Position numbers and translations under genes: made by a program. Source: Acidobacteriota bacterium (lineage in GTDB: Bacteria; Acidobacteriota; UBA6911; JACQSX01). From it: 64,000 nucleotides of DNA. Positions 61,501 to 64,000 of this stretch are shown here, piece after piece. The notes below the pieces were generated by a model. That model did not search any database. It saw only the letters and a list, made by a program, of their open reading frames with translations, and was not told where the DNA came from. Location: assembly GCA_036507075.1 (NCBI GenBank), contig DASXQR010000004.1, forward strand, positions 1 through 64,000. The letters are read 5' to 3'. The first letter of the stretch is position 1, and the number at the start of each line of letters is the position of its first letter.

Positions 61501-61728
61501 TTCCACAGAGTCACAGCGCAGCAGGACCGCAACCAAACGCGTCATCGGTCATCAGTCATTGGTCATTAGTTGAAGAATCTTCCTAAAAAAACAAGAATCG
61601 CCAACAGGTTACACAGTGGACACAGGATCTCTGCAATCGAGGATAGTCCGCTTCAGCGGACTTTTTGCTTTTCGGTCAGCCTCTGCCTTTTAGTTGCGGC
61701 TACAGCCCGGTTGTGTCTCTGTGGTGAA
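61501..61728. mobile_element. Composite element with two inverted CCACAGAG/CCGCAAC ends
   Basis: Left end 61501-61537 and right end 61688-61728; carries heptamer repeats and the AGTCCGCTTCAGCGGACT hairpin. Confidence 0.75.
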
Positions 61729-61760
61729 AATTCAAGGCGCGCGTATTTCCGCTCTCAGTT

Positions 61761-63359
61761 TCAACGAGCCCTGCCCGCCTTGCGGCCTCCAAGGTTCAAC
61801 CCGAACTGGGGATTGTCCTGCTTGCCGGTGATTTTGATCGGCAGGACTGTCCCGGCTCCCTGCTTGGAAAAGAACGGATCTACTGCCTTCAACATGACGG
61901 ACTTTACGCCGGAAACCGTCTGCGATAGTTTGGCCTGCATGCGCAGATCGCCGTAAAAATCGACCTGATCGTTTGGCAGCGCATAGGTTCCATCGAGTGC
62001 AACCCGGGCGCCGGGAATTTCGAATGATAGACGGGAAAAGGTCATCACGCCGTTCTTGAGAACAAAGCGCCCCGCAAAGTTGGAGACTACCTGATCCGGA
62101 TTCCCCTGCTCGTCTTTGGGACGCCCGCGCGCGCGCCAACTGAACTCTTTCAGTTTCTCCCTCACACCGGGGGTAGTAAAGCGCGCAGAGCGAATCTCAA
62201 ATCTTCCGTCCAGGCCGAGCCGCACCGGGATCTCCTGCCTGCCGGGAGGAAGAAGGAACTCTGTTTCGAATCGGATGCCGCCAACCAGAAACGGCGTCCG
62301 CGATTTCACTGCCAGGCGGAGCATGTCCTCGACATGTCCTTCCGAAACGTTGACGTGCAGTTTGACGACCTTTCCTGCAACACCGGGAATCCTGGTAACG
62401 CCGCCGCGCGCGACCAGCCAGGATCTGCCGATGCTTGCCTTGACCGGGTCCAGCAGCGTGTCGCCGCTGGTGCCGTCGACGACACTGGCAAACTCGGTTT
62501 TCAGATGCACCGGATTACCGGCGGCCGTTACTTTAAAAGCAGGCGTATCGGTGGTGCCGCGGACTTCGATCCGCTCCAACACCCCGCGGTAGGAGCCCTC
62601 CGATGAAAGCTTACCCGCAATTCCATTGAAGACGGAAAGATCGGCATCTTTGAATGTATAAGCTCCCGCCACGAAAGTCTGTCCGGGATCGTCCTCCTGC
62701 CAGGGACCAAACTGGCCGCTGCTGTTGATCGGCCCGGGAGGTTTGGCGTTCTTCAGCTCGGCGACAAAATTCATCGGACGATCCATCCCCACCGACCGCA
62801 ATCTCAGGCGATGTATTTCCCACACCAGCGGTTCGTCATCCGCCTTCTTGGGAATGATCATCAGAATGGTACCGTCGGCATGGACCTTTTCGACCAGGTA
62901 AGGGTAGCGTTCTCTCGGATCGACTTTCTTCCCTCGCTTATCGGACCCGTCGGTATTTTCCCGCCTGTCCTCTGTTTGATTCCCGTCGTGTTTGTTACGC
63001 CTGGGCGGAATGAGGATCTTCAATCCTTCCAGGTTGACCGAGCCGACTCGCACCGGTTTTCGCAGAAGGTCCCAGGGAGAAAGGTGCGCGGTGAGCTTTT
63101 TCATCGAAATCAAGGGTGGAACGTCGGTCCTGCCCCGGTGGTGAAGCCGCAGGTCCGACGCGATGATTACGACTGAAGGGAACAGCGAGATCTGCAGCTC
63201 CTGGACTTCGACTTTGCTCTTGAAGCGCTTTTCGAGTTTTTCAACAACGGCGGCCCTCATGGCCGGCCCCAGCCATCGACCCGCCGTGGCTGCAGCCAAG
63301 CCTGCAAGTGCGACGACCGCCGCCAATACAAGGATGAAAATAATCAGGCCTCGTTTCAT
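61761..63359 (-). CDS. AsmA-like protein
   Basis: N-terminal TM anchor, beta-rich body, GTVLPIKITG..DNP.F C-terminus. Confidence 0.8.
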   Translation of the reverse strand: MKRGLIIFILVLAAVVALAGLAAATAGRWLGPAMRAAVVEKLEKRFKSKVEVQELQISLFPSVVIIASDLRLHHRGRTDVPPLISMKKLTAHLSPWDLLRKPVRVGSVNLEGLKILIPPRRNKHDGNQTEDRRENTDGSDKRGKKVDPRERYPYLVEKVHADGTILMIIPKKADDEPLVWEIHRLRLRSVGMDRPMNFVAELKNAKPPGPINSSGQFGPWQEDDPGQTFVAGAYTFKDADLSVFNGIAGKLSSEGSYRGVLERIEVRGTTDTPAFKVTAAGNPVHLKTEFASVVDGTSGDTLLDPVKASIGRSWLVARGGVTRIPGVAGKVVKLHVNVSEGHVEDMLRLAVKSRTPFLVGGIRFETEFLLPPGRQEIPVRLGLDGRFEIRSARFTTPGVREKLKEFSWRARGRPKDEQGNPDQVVSNFAGRFVLKNGVMTFSRLSFEIPGARVALDGTYALPNDQVDFYGDLRMQAKLSQTVSGVKSVMLKAVDPFFSKQGAGTVLPIKITGKQDNPQFGLNLGGRKAGRAR

Positions 63360-63467
63360 GTGGGTCTTCTACCTCCTGAATCGATCATACTGTGCTACGC
63401 AAATCTTGCCTGGTGAATCCCGGCAGCCCTGGGGTGCCCAGATCGCCGGAATCGGAGCCGCGCGGGT

Positions 63468-63675
63468 AAAAAAAATCGACGTGACGTGTCCTGCTACTAA
63501 CCGAACCGCGCGCGTCAGCAAGCGGACCCTCGCAGCTAACTGCCCCTGTCTGTGGACTGTTGACTTTCGCACGCTGCACTTTCCTACTGTGGAGTTGGTA
63601 GTTGCTTTGCGGGTCCGCTTGCTGACGCGCGCGGTTCGGTTAGTAGCAGGACACGTCGATTTTTTAACACGTTCT
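63468..63675. mobile_element. Palindromic element with 47-bp perfect inverted repeats
   Basis: 63483-63529 is the exact reverse complement of 63611-63657; outer AAAAAATCGAC ends. Confidence 0.85.
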
Positions 63676-63762
63676 AAGCCGTGGAGCAACCGTGATCTCT
63701 TTGCGGTCTTCGCGGTTCAATTCTTTCGGCGTAGAATGGCGGCTGCAATCCGTGGGGCAAAA

Positions 63763-64000
63763 ATGATGACAAGAAGGAAAGCGGCGGTGGCGATACTTCT
63801 GCTCGCCAGCCTTTTCGCCTGCAGAAGGCACGACACGCTTTACGACCGGCTGGGTGGAGACGTAGGCATAAGTTTACTGGTCCAGGACTTTCTGGATCGT
63901 TTCATCAAAGACCCGCGCCTCGAAAACCCGCAGGTCAAGAAACGGCACGAGGCCGCCCATTATCCCGCGCTCAAGGAGCACTGGATTCGTTTCTTCACCA
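63763..64000 (+). CDS. Group I truncated haemoglobin-like lipoprotein (partial, runs off the window; not in the ORF track)
   Basis: Translates MMTRRKAAVAILLLASLFAC-RRHDTLYDRLGG..GI..LV..F......DPRL. Confidence 0.8.
   Translation, partial: MMTRRKAAVAILLLASLFACRRHDTLYDRLGGDVGISLLVQDFLDRFIKDPRLENPQVKKRHEAAHYPALKEHWIRFFT

Noticed and set aside
1..64000. Transposase, integrase, reverse transcriptase, prophage, tRNA/rRNA or riboswitch
   Set aside because: None recognised by eye; covariance-model searches could not be run.

Overview
GC-rich bacterial chromosome window, most likely Acidobacteriota. This is inferred from two ADOP-type duplicated orphan ABC permeases, a PQQ quinoprotein/cytochrome c pair, a Ser/Thr kinase with TPRs, and DUF1080, SBBP and AsmA-like proteins. 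It holds about 40 mostly metabolic or secreted-protein genes: sugar oxidoreductases, GH20, GH97, hydrolases, glycogen phosphorylase, a patatin-POTRA-barrel protein, a cytokinin-dehydrogenase-like flavoprotein, an FRP-like protein and a lipoprotein truncated globin. I found no rRNA, tRNA, CRISPR array, transposase or integrase. The most striking signal is non-coding. Most intergenic gaps contain short palindromic elements from at least seven families, and these are nested inside one another at reproducible target positions. One sits in the 5' end of a gene and appears to supply its signal-peptide core. Smaller observations include a chimeric gene junction, a frameshifted FRP-like gene, a probable ATT start and a duplicated Tat motif. 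All protein family calls come from motif recognition, not database searches.
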